Positions 10,972-20,064 are shown, counted from the first letter of the stretch. The stretch is 64,000 nucleotides of DNA from Candidatus Bathyarchaeota archaeon (GCA_963772455.1 CAVYXJ010000012.1:32001-96000); one strand, 5' to 3'. Made by a program: numbers and translations. The notes: a model not told the origin generated them from the sequence alone.

Positions 10972-11703
10972 TTGAAAGTTATTCCGGTAATTGATATTTT
11001 AAACGGAATAGTTGTGCATGCGGTTAGAGGTGTAAGAAAAGAGTATCAGCCTCTACGAAGCGTGCTTACGTATTCGGTTGATCCCTCAGAAGTGGCAATG
11101 GCATTCAAGAATATCGGGTTTAGCGACTTGTATGTGGCTGATTTGGATGCAATAATCGATTGTTCAACTAGCTTTGATATTTTAAAAAAAATAAATGATG
11201 AAACTAGCTTGAAATTAATGGTTGATGCAGGAGTAACAAGCAATGAAAGAGCACAAAAATTGTTGGACAGCGGAGTTTCCAAACTTATTATTGGAACAGA
11301 AACTCTTCAAAGGAAAAGTTTTGTTTCAGATGCTATAGGTCTTTTTGGGTCAGAACGTGTTGTTGTTAGCTTGGATTTGAAAGGAAATAAAGTTCTTGTG
11401 AAGTTAGGATTTGATGGGTGTAGTGATGTTTTTTGTCTTCTTAAACAGTTTAAGGAGATGGGAGTTTCGCAATTGATTGTTTTGGATCTTTTGCGCGTTG
11501 GCAGCGGTGAAGGCGTAGACATTGATTTTCTTAAGAAGGTGATTGCTGAAGTTGGCATTGACGTTTATGTTGGAGGCGGTGTTCGAGACATCAACGATTT
11601 AATTGAATTAAGAAGCATTGGTATTTCAGGTGCTTTGGTTGCTACTGCGTTACATACAGGTAAGATCTCTATTAACCAGCTAAAACAAGAGCACTTTCTT
11701 TAA
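10972..11703 (+). CDS. HisA/HisF-related TIM-barrel protein of the type linked to C1-cofactor gene clusters
   Basis: IPVIDILNGIVVHAVRG, LYVADLDAI and VGGGVR motifs; divergent from mfnB. Confidence 0.85.
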   Translation: MKVIPVIDILNGIVVHAVRGVRKEYQPLRSVLTYSVDPSEVAMAFKNIGFSDLYVADLDAIIDCSTSFDILKKINDETSLKLMVDAGVTSNERAQKLLDSGVSKLIIGTETLQRKSFVSDAIGLFGSERVVVSLDLKGNKVLVKLGFDGCSDVFCLLKQFKEMGVSQLIVLDLLRVGSGEGVDIDFLKKVIAEVGIDVYVGGGVRDINDLIELRSIGISGALVATALHTGKISINQLKQEHFL

Positions 11704-12440
11704 TCGTGTTTTGCCAAACATACAATACCGCCTAATTGCGTAAGGCGTGCACCTGCGTTTGATTCACTACTTATTACTCTTGTTTTAACTCCGTTTTTTG
11801 CAGCAATCATCATTAGACGATTTATTCTGTTTTTTTGGCGACTACTTGCAAGATAATCATCTGTTAACATTAAGTATTCAGGCTGAGGTTTTCCCGGTGC
11901 CTGAGGGTTTAAGATGAGAGTTTCTGCTTCTTGCAAAGAAAAGAGCACCAGATTATCGGTTTTACTTAGTCGTTTTTCGAGAATTTCAAGCAGGTTCTCG
12001 GTTTCTTCAGTTGCATTTTCCTGTATTAGTTGTTTGAAAGCGGATGTCTTAGTTAAGGCTGCTACTTGTGGAGGTGAGCTTGCGGAACCTGTTATTTGTG
12101 AGAATGATGCTTTGTTTGTTCCCTGAGTGAGCCATGCATGATGGGATTTAATGTGGCAAAGGAATTCTTGTGCATAGTTGGTTCTTGGAGGCGAAGCTAC
12201 TACCATGCTTCTTACGCCTTCTTTTAGAACTGGTCTTAATGCGTTTACGATGGTTTCATGGAAGTTGTAGAGTATTTTTTGGTCTTTTCGTTCACCATTT
12301 ATTGAAATAGTCTGTTGGGGTTTGGCAACTTGACTAAAGATCTGCCATAATGCTGCGTGGTCAGCCTCAATTCCAATTAGCATTGCCACAGGGTATCCGC
12401 GTCTATAGTTTTTCGGCTTCATCTTATTTCTGTTATTCAT
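11700..12440 (-). CDS. Pelota/aRF1-like paralogue containing only domains 2 and 3
   Basis: VVASP motif; C-terminal VISSESNAGARLTQLGGIVCL parallels pelota VVSTEHEAGAKLIALGGIAALL in this window. Confidence 0.7.
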   Translation of the reverse strand: MNNRNKMKPKNYRRGYPVAMLIGIEADHAALWQIFSQVAKPQQTISINGERKDQKILYNFHETIVNALRPVLKEGVRSMVVASPPRTNYAQEFLCHIKSHHAWLTQGTNKASFSQITGSASSPPQVAALTKTSAFKQLIQENATEETENLLEILEKRLSKTDNLVLFSLQEAETLILNPQAPGKPQPEYLMLTDDYLASSRQKNRINRLMMIAAKNGVKTRVISSESNAGARLTQLGGIVCLAKHD

Positions 12441-12526
12441 CTGTTGCCAAGGTTATTTTAGGTGTTGCTCTGAGAATAAAGTAGGAAAATTTAAGAAACA
12501 CTAAACTGTTTTTAACTTGGATAATT

Positions 12527-12853
12527 ATGCTCAAAGTATATACCCAAAAAGATCTTGATTCTGAATTAAAGAACAGTAAGCAAGTTTTGGCGTTATTTTA
12601 TTCTGCTTGGTGTCCTTATTGTGTTAGGTTTGTTCCAGTTTTTGATAAAACTGTCGCCAAAATGGGTTTTGAGCGAGTTATTCATGTGCTTTTAGATGAC
12701 TATGATAATCCAATGTGGGATGAATATGATGTACCGGCTGTACCTACAATTATTCTGTTTGAGGAAGGTAAGGTTAGTAAACGTCTAAATGGACAACTTG
12801 GTAGTGGTCTAAGTTTAGAGAAATTTAGGGTTTGGATTGAAGAATTTAAGTAA
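12527..12853 (+). CDS. Thioredoxin family protein
   Basis: WCPYC active site, VPT cis-Pro loop. Confidence 0.9.
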   Translation: MLKVYTQKDLDSELKNSKQVLALFYSAWCPYCVRFVPVFDKTVAKMGFERVIHVLLDDYDNPMWDEYDVPAVPTIILFEEGKVSKRLNGQLGSGLSLEKFRVWIEEFK

Positions 12854-12934
12854 ATCTAAAAATATTTAAGTCGGATATTTTTTTTATAATTTTTTTGTTC
12901 TTAAAAAAGAAAAAAAGAAAAGAATTGTAGATTT

Positions 12935-13423
12935 TTAAGTTGGTGGTGGCGGTGGTGGTGGAGGCGTTGATTGGAATGCTTGTCTGGCTTGGATAACAAT
13001 TGTTCCTGCGTAGCGGTCGGTGAATTTTTGGCGTTTATCTCCAGTTGTAATGACTCCGATGAGCCAATCTAAGAATAGAAATAAACCGTAGATTTTGCTT
13101 ATGTTGCGTATAAATGATTTGCCGTATGGTACTTTTCCTCCGTTTACCATTTGCACTTGTAAGCCCATGAGTCTTTTTCCAATTGTTGCGCCCCAAGCTG
13201 TGTCAAGTATCATAAAGTAGAGAAACTGTAGAATTCCGAATATAAACGGAAGTATTAGCCAGCCTCCATATGCAAAAAAGAAAGGATTAGCAACAAATGC
13301 CGCTAGGATTATGACGAAATATATGATCGCTGCAGGAATGCCGATTATTATGCTGTCGATTATGTATGCGATTAAGCGGTAGAGCCAATGAGTAAAATCA
13401 ATTTGTTCATTACTAGTTGTCAT
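12935..13423 (-). CDS. RDD family membrane protein with poly-Pro tail
   Basis: RLIAYIID, TIGKRLMGL and QKFTDRYAGT motifs; ATG 13423 preferred over the upstream TTG. Confidence 0.88.
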   Translation of the reverse strand: MTTSNEQIDFTHWLYRLIAYIIDSIIIGIPAAIIYFVIILAAFVANPFFFAYGGWLILPFIFGILQFLYFMILDTAWGATIGKRLMGLQVQMVNGGKVPYGKSFIRNISKIYGLFLFLDWLIGVITTGDKRQKFTDRYAGTIVIQARQAFQSTPPPPPPPPT

Positions 13424-13502
13424 TTTCTTATAAAACTCCTTATAACACTTTTGAGATTTTGTTATTAATATCTTTCTATCATTCAATATAGCCCTAAAGA
13501 AA

Positions 13503-14153
13503 TTAGGGTTTGAAACCGACTAAAAGCGCTAATTCCAGCCATTTCCAGTTGCAATCAACATCTACAAAACCGATTTCTCGCAACCATTCAAGTTGCGTAT
13601 GGACGTCTAAGAGTTTATTTGATGGATCTTCACTTTCGGGCGTCCAACCTATGGCTGATAAGAATTTCATATGCAAGTTTTCGGTTGATGAAGACACGTG
13701 TTCGAGGTTACAGAATATGCCTTTTGGGTTTAGAAGGTAAAATATTTCTGTGTAGAGTTGTTTTTTTCTTGGATGTGTCAAATGATGAATCGCTAAACTA
13801 GAGACGACTGCATCAAAACGTCCCAATTGGTCTGTGGGAAGAGGCAAGCTGAAATCATGCTTAATTATTGAAACGTGTTTATCGTGTCCGAATCGTTTTT
13901 TTGCTTGTTCAATCATCGGATCAGAAAAATCAAGAGCAACTCCATCAACAGCTTGATTATTCAATCTAATCAAGGCAAGCAATCTTCCGTCGCCGGTGCC
14001 CAAATCCAGAACCCGCTTGGCGTTAATTGGAATTTGTTCCAATAATGCTTTTTCGCCTTCTGTGCGATGGGGCAGTTTGTCTGCTCTTGCTAAATATGTG
14101 AGTGCATGCTCGATTGTTTGCCATTCGTTTGTTGGTGTAACTTGGTTTGGCAT
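13503..14153 (-). CDS. Class I SAM-dependent methyltransferase
   Basis: VLDLGTGDG and FDAVVSSLAIHHL motifs. Confidence 0.9.
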   Translation of the reverse strand: MPNQVTPTNEWQTIEHALTYLARADKLPHRTEGEKALLEQIPINAKRVLDLGTGDGRLLALIRLNNQAVDGVALDFSDPMIEQAKKRFGHDKHVSIIKHDFSLPLPTDQLGRFDAVVSSLAIHHLTHPRKKQLYTEIFYLLNPKGIFCNLEHVSSSTENLHMKFLSAIGWTPESEDPSNKLLDVHTQLEWLREIGFVDVDCNWKWLELALLVGFKP

Positions 14154-14301
14154 GTTTTGACCCTTTTTTGATTAGGTTGTGAAATGAATATTCTAATTAA
14201 AGTTTGTTACCTCTTCCACTCTGATTTTATTTGATTTAAAAAAATAAGCCTTATATCTTATTTGTTTGCTTTATGGAAAGGTAAAGTGAGGATTTTGATT
14301 T

Positions 14302-14652
14302 ATGGAGTTTTGTCCAAAATGCGGTTGCCGTCTTGAACCAAAAAGAACCGTTGGCAACGCTTTTGAATTATGCTGCTCAAAATGTAACTTTACAAAGCAG
14401 CCTGTAGATAAGAAAACTGAGGCGCGAACAGGCGCAGTTATAACGCCTAAACTTAAACCCAAACCTTTCATGACTATTATTTCTGAAGAAGAGTCAAAGA
14501 TGCAAACTATGCAGACAATAAAAATGAAGTGTGATAAATGCGACAACAACATGGTTTATGTATGGCAAGTGCAGACTCGCGGCGGCGATGAAGCGTCAAC
14601 TCAGTTTATGCGATGTACAAAATGCGGTCACACGTTCAGAGAATACACTTAA
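14302..14652 (+). CDS. tfs: Transcription factor S / RpoM family (two Zn ribbons)
   Basis: FCPKCG...CSKC and CDKC...QTRGGDEASTQFMRCTKC with acidic DE retained. Confidence 0.9.
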   Translation: MEFCPKCGCRLEPKRTVGNAFELCCSKCNFTKQPVDKKTEARTGAVITPKLKPKPFMTIISEEESKMQTMQTIKMKCDKCDNNMVYVWQVQTRGGDEASTQFMRCTKCGHTFREYT

Positions 14653-14711
14653 TTTTTGGAAAGTTATTAAAGCATGTTATCGCTATAGGAATAATCTCGG
14701 AGTAAAACCCG

Positions 14712-14804
14712 ATGCCGAAAAAAGAAAAACCGTTAACAAAGAAAGAACGCGATGAGAAACGTAAAGCAAAGAAAGACAAGAAGAGCAAAACACAGACTAG
14801 TTAA
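14712..14804 (+). CDS. Small Lys-rich protein (30 aa)
   Basis: MPKKEKPLTKKERDEKRKAKKDKKSKTQTS; GGAG and TTATTAAA upstream; T-tract downstream. Confidence 0.55.
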   Translation: MPKKEKPLTKKERDEKRKAKKDKKSKTQTS

Positions 14805-14923
14805 ATTAGTCTGAACTTGTTTTTACTCTCCCCTTACAGTTTTATTTTTTTTTCTATTTTAATAATTAAATAATTGATATTGTTTTGAATGGTTTATTTT
14901 TATTTGACATTGCACATTAGTGG

Positions 14924-15004
14924 TTGCCTATGATGATTAACACGTCAGTCTGAGATGGATTGGTAGTCCTACAAATGATGTCAGTTATACGAATTCTGAG
15001 GCAA
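14924..15004 (+). ncRNA. Box C/D guide sRNA 1
   Basis: Terminal stem TTGCC/GGCAA; C box ATGATGA 14930; D' CTGA 14950; C' ATGATGT 14975; D CTGA 14996. Confidence 0.8.
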
Positions 15005-15046
15005 TACATTTCTTTTTTAAGCATAGATAAGTTAACTTAATCGTTT

Positions 15047-15138
15047 AGCGCCTGTGATGAGAATTGCACGAAAGTATGGAGTTACAGATAATTCTGTTGC
15101 TCTTACATGACTGAAAAAAATAACGGTTCTGAGGCGCT
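15047..15138 (+). ncRNA. Box C/D guide sRNA 2
   Basis: Terminal stem AGCGCC/GGCGCT; C box GTGATGA 15054; D box CTGA 15129; degenerate internal boxes; TTTTAAG box about 25-30 nt upstream. Confidence 0.78.
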
Positions 15139-15198
15139 CAAATTTATTTTAATGGACAAAGTTAATTACAATCACCTAACGATATAGCTACGATTATT

Positions 15199-15519
15199 AT
15201 GAACAAACCTGCTCCAATTGCTTACTGCTGGTTCATTCGAGATGGAGAAAAATTAATCCAGACAACCAAAGAAGGCTTTGACAAAGCCATAGTTGAAGGT
15301 AAAAGTGTAAAATACCGGGGGTATGCAAATAAAAGAGCTGAGAACATTTCTGAGCAATTGGAAAAATCTCGAATGGAGTTTCTTTCGAATCCTGAGCTTT
15401 CCCCAAAATTCCGAACCGCTATAACTAATCCGAGCAATGTCTGTGAAGTTCAAATCATACAAGCTGATGATCCTCTATTTTGGGTAAAAGAAGCAAAACG
15501 TCCAAAATATCATCAATAA
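15199..15519 (+). CDS. Hypothetical protein
   Basis: 106-aa ATG ORF, no recognised motif. Confidence 0.6.
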   Translation: MNKPAPIAYCWFIRDGEKLIQTTKEGFDKAIVEGKSVKYRGYANKRAENISEQLEKSRMEFLSNPELSPKFRTAITNPSNVCEVQIIQADDPLFWVKEAKRPKYHQ

Positions 15520-15567
15520 ATTATTTTAAAGAATTTTTATTTCTCTACCTTTCATATCATCGCATTT

Positions 15568-15771
15568 TTAGAGTGGTCTTCTTCCAACTCTTCTCAGCAA
15601 CAAGTTAGCTACAGCTGCCACAGCCAAATCAGCTACAACCCAAACAAGAAAAGAAATATGTAGAAAAATAGCTAAAACTGTAATTAGCATAAGAAGAGTA
15701 ATTGCAATTATCCCTATCGTTCTTTTTCTGCGGCGAATTTTTTCATAATCAACATCAACCTTAGGAGCCAT
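15568..15771 (-). CDS. Small two-TM membrane protein
   Basis: Basic N-terminus plus hydrophobic hairpin; GAGTGA upstream. Confidence 0.7.
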   Translation of the reverse strand: MAPKVDVDYEKIRRRKRTIGIIAITLLMLITVLAIFLHISFLVWVVADLAVAAVANLLLRRVGRRPL

Positions 15772-15921
15772 ATTCAGTCACTCTTATCCTCATAATCAAC
15801 TGTATCTAAAATACATTAAAGAATTATCTTCTTTTTTTTTCCAAAAGTTCGAGTTAATGAATTATTTCTTCTTTTTCACCGCACAACCTAAATAAACCAT
15901 TTTGCCCCATCCACATTTACC

Positions 15922-16455
15922 TTGAAGTTCGAAAATGTCATCTTCCCTGATTCTGTGGGTTTCCAATGCAAAAATTGTGGCATTTGCTGTCGAATGCAGC
16001 CACCCGACATAAGTAAAACTGAACAAAAACGAATTGAGGCCAGAGGTTTCAAAGGTTTTTTGAGTGAACCTGACGAAAATGGAGTCTGTTGGATTCACAG
16101 AAAAGAAGATGGCGCCTGTTTCTTTCTTACAAAAGAAAACAAATGTGCAATCTATCCAGTTAGACCCCAAGTATGCAGGTTAGAACCATTTACCATCGTA
16201 GACTACGATTACAAGAAAAATATTATTGAATTACAATTGAACTTTCCATTTGCACAATGTTGTATAGGAGCATGTGATGAGAAAGCCGATCCACCTATTC
16301 AAGAAATTGGGCGGGCTGCTCAAATTCTTGTGCAAAAAATCTTGGCCTTAACAGCAAATGACCTTGATCTTCCAATAACTGATGAGAGGGTTCTTTCTGA
16401 AACTCGATCGAGGTTACTTCGCAGAACTGTTGAGATGGCAGACCTACAATTGTGA
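15922..16455 (+). CDS. YkgJ / CxxCxxCC Fe-S or Zn cluster protein
   Basis: CKNCGICC...CFFL...CAIYPVRPQVCR. Confidence 0.9.
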   Translation: MKFENVIFPDSVGFQCKNCGICCRMQPPDISKTEQKRIEARGFKGFLSEPDENGVCWIHRKEDGACFFLTKENKCAIYPVRPQVCRLEPFTIVDYDYKKNIIELQLNFPFAQCCIGACDEKADPPIQEIGRAAQILVQKILALTANDLDLPITDERVLSETRSRLLRRTVEMADLQL

Positions 16456-16607
16456 TTAAGATTGAATTCTTTTGAGATATAAAATGTTGAAGAAGTCAAG
16501 TCTGTGAAGAAGGATGACTTAATGATTTAAGTTCTTAAAAAATTTTTAATATTATTAAAAAAGAAAAAGGATTATTGTTAAACGAGTAAGATGTTAAGCT
16601 TATGAGC

Positions 16608-16751
16608 TTAGTATCGGCGTGGTGGTCTTCGTTTTGCGTAGCATTCTCGGCAGTATACTGGCCTGCTTCCGTCTGGCTTGAAAGGAACATCACATTCTTT
16701 TCCGCAGTCTGCGCAGGTTGCCTTGTGCATCTCTTTTGGATATGAGGACAT
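16608..16751 (-). CDS. CxxC-x17-CxxC zinc-binding protein (47 aa)
   Basis: MSSYPKEMHKATCADCGKECDVPFKPDGSRPVYCRECYAKRRPPRRY; below the ORF track cutoff. Confidence 0.9.
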   Translation of the reverse strand: MSSYPKEMHKATCADCGKECDVPFKPDGSRPVYCRECYAKRRPPRRY

Positions 16752-17111
16752 TTAATTTTTCACTTCCTGTTTTATTGCTTTTGCAAATTACTTTGCAAGG
16801 TTGTTTAATGCTGACCTTACTATAAAGCTTATCCGTAGACAAAAAACAAAAGAGGTATTTCTTCACTTACAATTTTTAGGGTTACTTTCTTAAATATTTC
16901 TCATTTACAGCCATAAAACGTTTAAATGGATAAAAAAGAATTGAACTATTAATCAAAGAAGTTAATTGTCGAAATAATCTTTGGTATAATTATTTGTCAA
17001 CTATTGAGTGTGCTGTTTTGACTTTTTTTCTAATGTTCTAAATGGTACAATTTTTTCAGATTTTGTAGTGTAGATGTCACAAAATATAAGTTGAACTTGA
17101 TTCTTAGTTGT

Positions 17112-17351
17112 TTATGCAGGTCTGGGAGCAAGCTTTAGATGTAATGCATTGAGGCATAGAGTGCATTAATTAGAACAGCGAAAAATTAGTGCGCGATAAA
17201 GTCTTTGCCTTTATGGGCTGAACATGCATAGCGTTGGAATCATCTAAGCTGTGAAGTGGTAGGTTCAAAACGGCTGCAAGAATCTGCTGCGATTAAGGAA
17301 TTGCTTAGGTGGGTCGTAACCAGCGATAAGGCTCAGACTAGACCTGTGTAA
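17112..17351 (+). ncRNA. Unassigned structured RNA, about 240 nt
   Basis: 13-bp closing stem plus at least six internal helices with G-U pairs favouring the + strand; TATA-like AATATAAG at 17083-17090; GC raised over the flanks. Confidence 0.75.
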
Positions 17352-17514
17352 TTTAAGTGGAAAAAAATAGATATAGAAATATTCTAAAAATTCCACTTTT
17401 TTTTAATATTTAATTGAACGAGTCTTGGTTTTAGTTTAATGCGTCTATTCTTTGAAGAGCTTTATCTTTTTTATATGACATAGTTATTTACAGAATTTTT
17501 GCCAAGTGTTGTAT

Positions 17515-17572
17515 AGTTAGTAAAGAAAGTTTGACTAAGCATTTTTAAAAGTTAGTAAAGAAACCTTTACGA
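17515..17572. promoter_or_regulatory. Tandem operator-like repeat
   Basis: AGTTAGTAAAGAAA at 17515 and 17550, each the left arm of an imperfect palindrome (GTAAAG-aaac-CTTTAC in copy 2). Confidence 0.6.
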
Positions 17573-17605
17573 AAAAGCTCTTAAGAACTGGGCATCAACG
17601 ATATT

Positions 17606-18801
17606 TTGATGGAAATGAAAGCTTTCAATACTTTAATTCTGGCAGTAATGATCGTTTCTATTTCTATTGTTTTCTTTCCTGTGAGTGCTAACGATAATTT
17701 TTCGGTAGGTGTCAAAAAAGGTGATTGGATTGAATATACCGTTAACATTACGGGTCCTACTTCGGCTCCAATTCATAATATCAGTTGGTTTAGAATTGAA
17801 ATTTTAGATGTTGAGGGTGTAGCGTTTGATGCAAATGTTACGGTTAGGAATGTTAATGGGTCATTGAGCAGTTCGATTTGGGAGTTTAACTTCTCCGAGG
17901 GGAATGTTGAAGGTTGGGTAATAATTCCTTCGAACTTAGGTGTTGGCGATATTTTTTATGATTCTTCAAAGCCTGCAAACATTACTATTTTGGGTGAAGA
18001 ACAAAAAATTGTGGCTGGTGCAACCCGAACAATAACACATTCTTCTGATTCTACAAGACCGATCAAGGAATGGGATAAAGCTACAGGTGTATACACTTAT
18101 TCGGTAGAATACCCAAAAAACTTCACAGTAATATCCCAAGCTATTTCAACAAATATGTGGAATCCTCAAACTCTGGACTTAAACAAGACGACATTTAACG
18201 CAGTGGTTGCGCTAAGTATTGTTTTAACAGGATTCATTGCATCGTCTTTAGTTATTACACGAAGAGATAAAATAAGAAAGCTCACTTTGATTCATTCATC
18301 GCAAGGAAAAATCGCAGTCCTTACTATTCTTAGCAACAGTTTTAGGAATAATTGGAGCCATAGTGTTCTTCCCTTTTTCTATAGGTAGGGTTGAGTTTTG
18401 CTGAGATTAACCTTATTATGCAAACTATATGGACAAGTTTGATTTTAGTGAGCATGTTTTTTAGATTTAAAGGAAAATATTTTGTTCATGAGATTACAAT
18501 GTTAATTGCAATTTGTGCCTTGTTAGTTAGTTTTTCTGCTGTAATATTTATGGGTCCGCTAACTACCAGTTCCGCTTTCTCTAGTTCACTTTCTCGTTTG
18601 GTTATGAATAGTTTGCATGGTATTTTTTCTATTCCCGCAATAGTTTTTGGAGTATGGCTAGTATTACTTTGGCGTCCAGGGTCAGATTCGTTTGCGTTTA
18701 AGAGTAAAAGAATAGCGCAATTAACAATAATTTTTTGGGTCCCATCGTATGTGGTGGGTGTTTTAGATTTTATTTTACTTCATACCAGTTTCTTTGGATA
18801 A
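17606..18801 (+). CDS. Secreted N-terminal domain fused to a multi-TM C-terminal domain (two extra bases near 18329 and 18384)
   Basis: Signal peptide and VGVKKGDWIEY motif; the frames of ORFs 17606 and 18391 differ by +2, matching two +1 insertions that restore a TM helix. Confidence 0.65.
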
Positions 18802-18913
18802 AAAAAATCTTTTTTCTTGTTGTGAACATAAAAAAAATTGTGTTTATTAATGTTCAATATTTGACAAGTATTAAAAAGAAAAAAATCGCTTTAAAGGTAA
18901 GGGGAAAGGGAAT

Positions 18914-19051
18914 TTGGAACAAGAGAGAAGCGATATAACTGATTTGATAGAATACCGTGAGTCAGTAAATAATCAACCTGAAACGCAGTTCCAGAAAATA
19001 ACTTTGGAAATTGTAGATAAGGCAATAGAGAACCTATTGAAAAAACGTTAA
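18914..19051 (+). CDS. Possible small protein (45 aa)
   Basis: TTG-start ORF EQERSDITDLIEYRES...IVDKAIENLLKKR after a TTTAAA box and purine-rich leader. Confidence 0.35.
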   Translation: MEQERSDITDLIEYRESVNNQPETQFQKITLEIVDKAIENLLKKR

Positions 19052-19411
19052 TCTCAAGATTATGGTTTATTTTTTTAACTCAAAAGGAAGCCAAAACTCA
19101 GCTAATCACAATATCAGTAACGTGCATGTATAACAGAGAATTTTAACTGTCAAAAAACCTGTTGAAACTGTCTTGGTTTCCGTGCCCGAATAAAATGGCA
19201 TGAAATACTGGCAATCCAATGTGAGCTCTAATTCCGAGTGAGCCAACCTCACTATCACATTTTGTCTCCAAATGAGCCTCATCATTATGGTAAATTTGGA
19301 TGTCATGGTAAATATTTGGCAAAACAAAGTTATGCTTCAAGAAAATATATTTAAGAGAAGAAGAAGAGAAAAAAATTTGCACTTCTTCTACCTTTAACAT
19401 TCTTCTACTTG

Positions 19412-19683
19412 GATGGAGAATCATTTTACTACGACTTTCACGGAATCCGCAATGCGTTGGCGGTTGGGTGAGATCCAAAAGTGAGGCATGTTTGGAAGCC
19501 TCTTAGGTCTTCAGACGTTTTTGATATGGCTAATGCAGTTGCAGCTCTCTACAGTAACGGTTTAGGAATTTTAGGAGAAGAACCCGAAATCGCTTATGAC
19601 ATGATGGGTTGGCCTAAAACAAAGCTGTTGGAGCGCGAAGAAAATATGTCTTCTGCGCCCCCTCGTCTATACCCGTTGCATCG
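19412..19683 (+). pseudogene. Gene fragment with an in-frame stop, possibly a viral portal C-terminus
   Basis: DGESFYYDFHGIRNALAVG*DPKVRHVWKPLRSSDVFDMANAVAALYSNGLGILGEEPEIAYDMMGWP; no proper start; runs into the convergent DUF1428 gene. Confidence 0.3.
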
Positions 19684-20064
19684 TTATCCTTCGACTTTTA
19701 CTGTAAATCCTCCCACCGAGAAACGTTTCATGTCAAATGGCATTGAGACATCTTTCTTTCCTTCTGCCTGCTTCATCCCTTCTTCCATCACTTTTGCATT
19801 GATTTCATCCCGCTTCTCTTTAGACTCATAAACAATAAAGGAGAACCATACCGTGTCGGTTGGTTGCGCTTTTGTTAACTCCCTAAATGAAAGTGGCTTC
19901 ATGCCGCCCATGTCTTTTGGTTCAAGATCTTCACCAGCACATTCCATGTATTCGAGTGCGCCATATTTCATCCACATATCCCGTCCTTCCCGAGCCATTT
20001 TTTCGTATTCTTCAACCTTGTCTTTAGGAACCACAAACACAAAACCATCAACATATTTCGCCAA
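19684..20064 (-). CDS. DUF1428 (YbaA-like) protein
   Basis: YVDGFVFVVP, GALEYMEC and MPFDMKRF motifs. Confidence 0.9.
   Translation of the reverse strand: MAKYVDGFVFVVPKDKVEEYEKMAREGRDMWMKYGALEYMECAGEDLEPKDMGGMKPLSFRELTKAQPTDTVWFSFIVYESKEKRDEINAKVMEEGMKQAEGKKDVSMPFDMKRFSVGGFTVKVEG

Noticed and set aside
14924-15138. TIGR-type or CRISPR-like guide array
   Set aside because: Only two units of unequal length, and no Nop-domain or Cas gene nearby
17112-17351. Assignment as a second RNase P/MRP RNA or a cobalamin riboswitch
   Set aside because: AGGTCTG...CTCAGACTA and AGACCTG are only superficial matches; no GGAA CR-I with P1-P3, no GCCACUG/GGGAAG, and no adjacent downstream gene
19106-19478. 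Overlapping minus-strand ORFs of 73 and 111 aa
   Set aside because: No motifs, mutually overlapping, atypical composition
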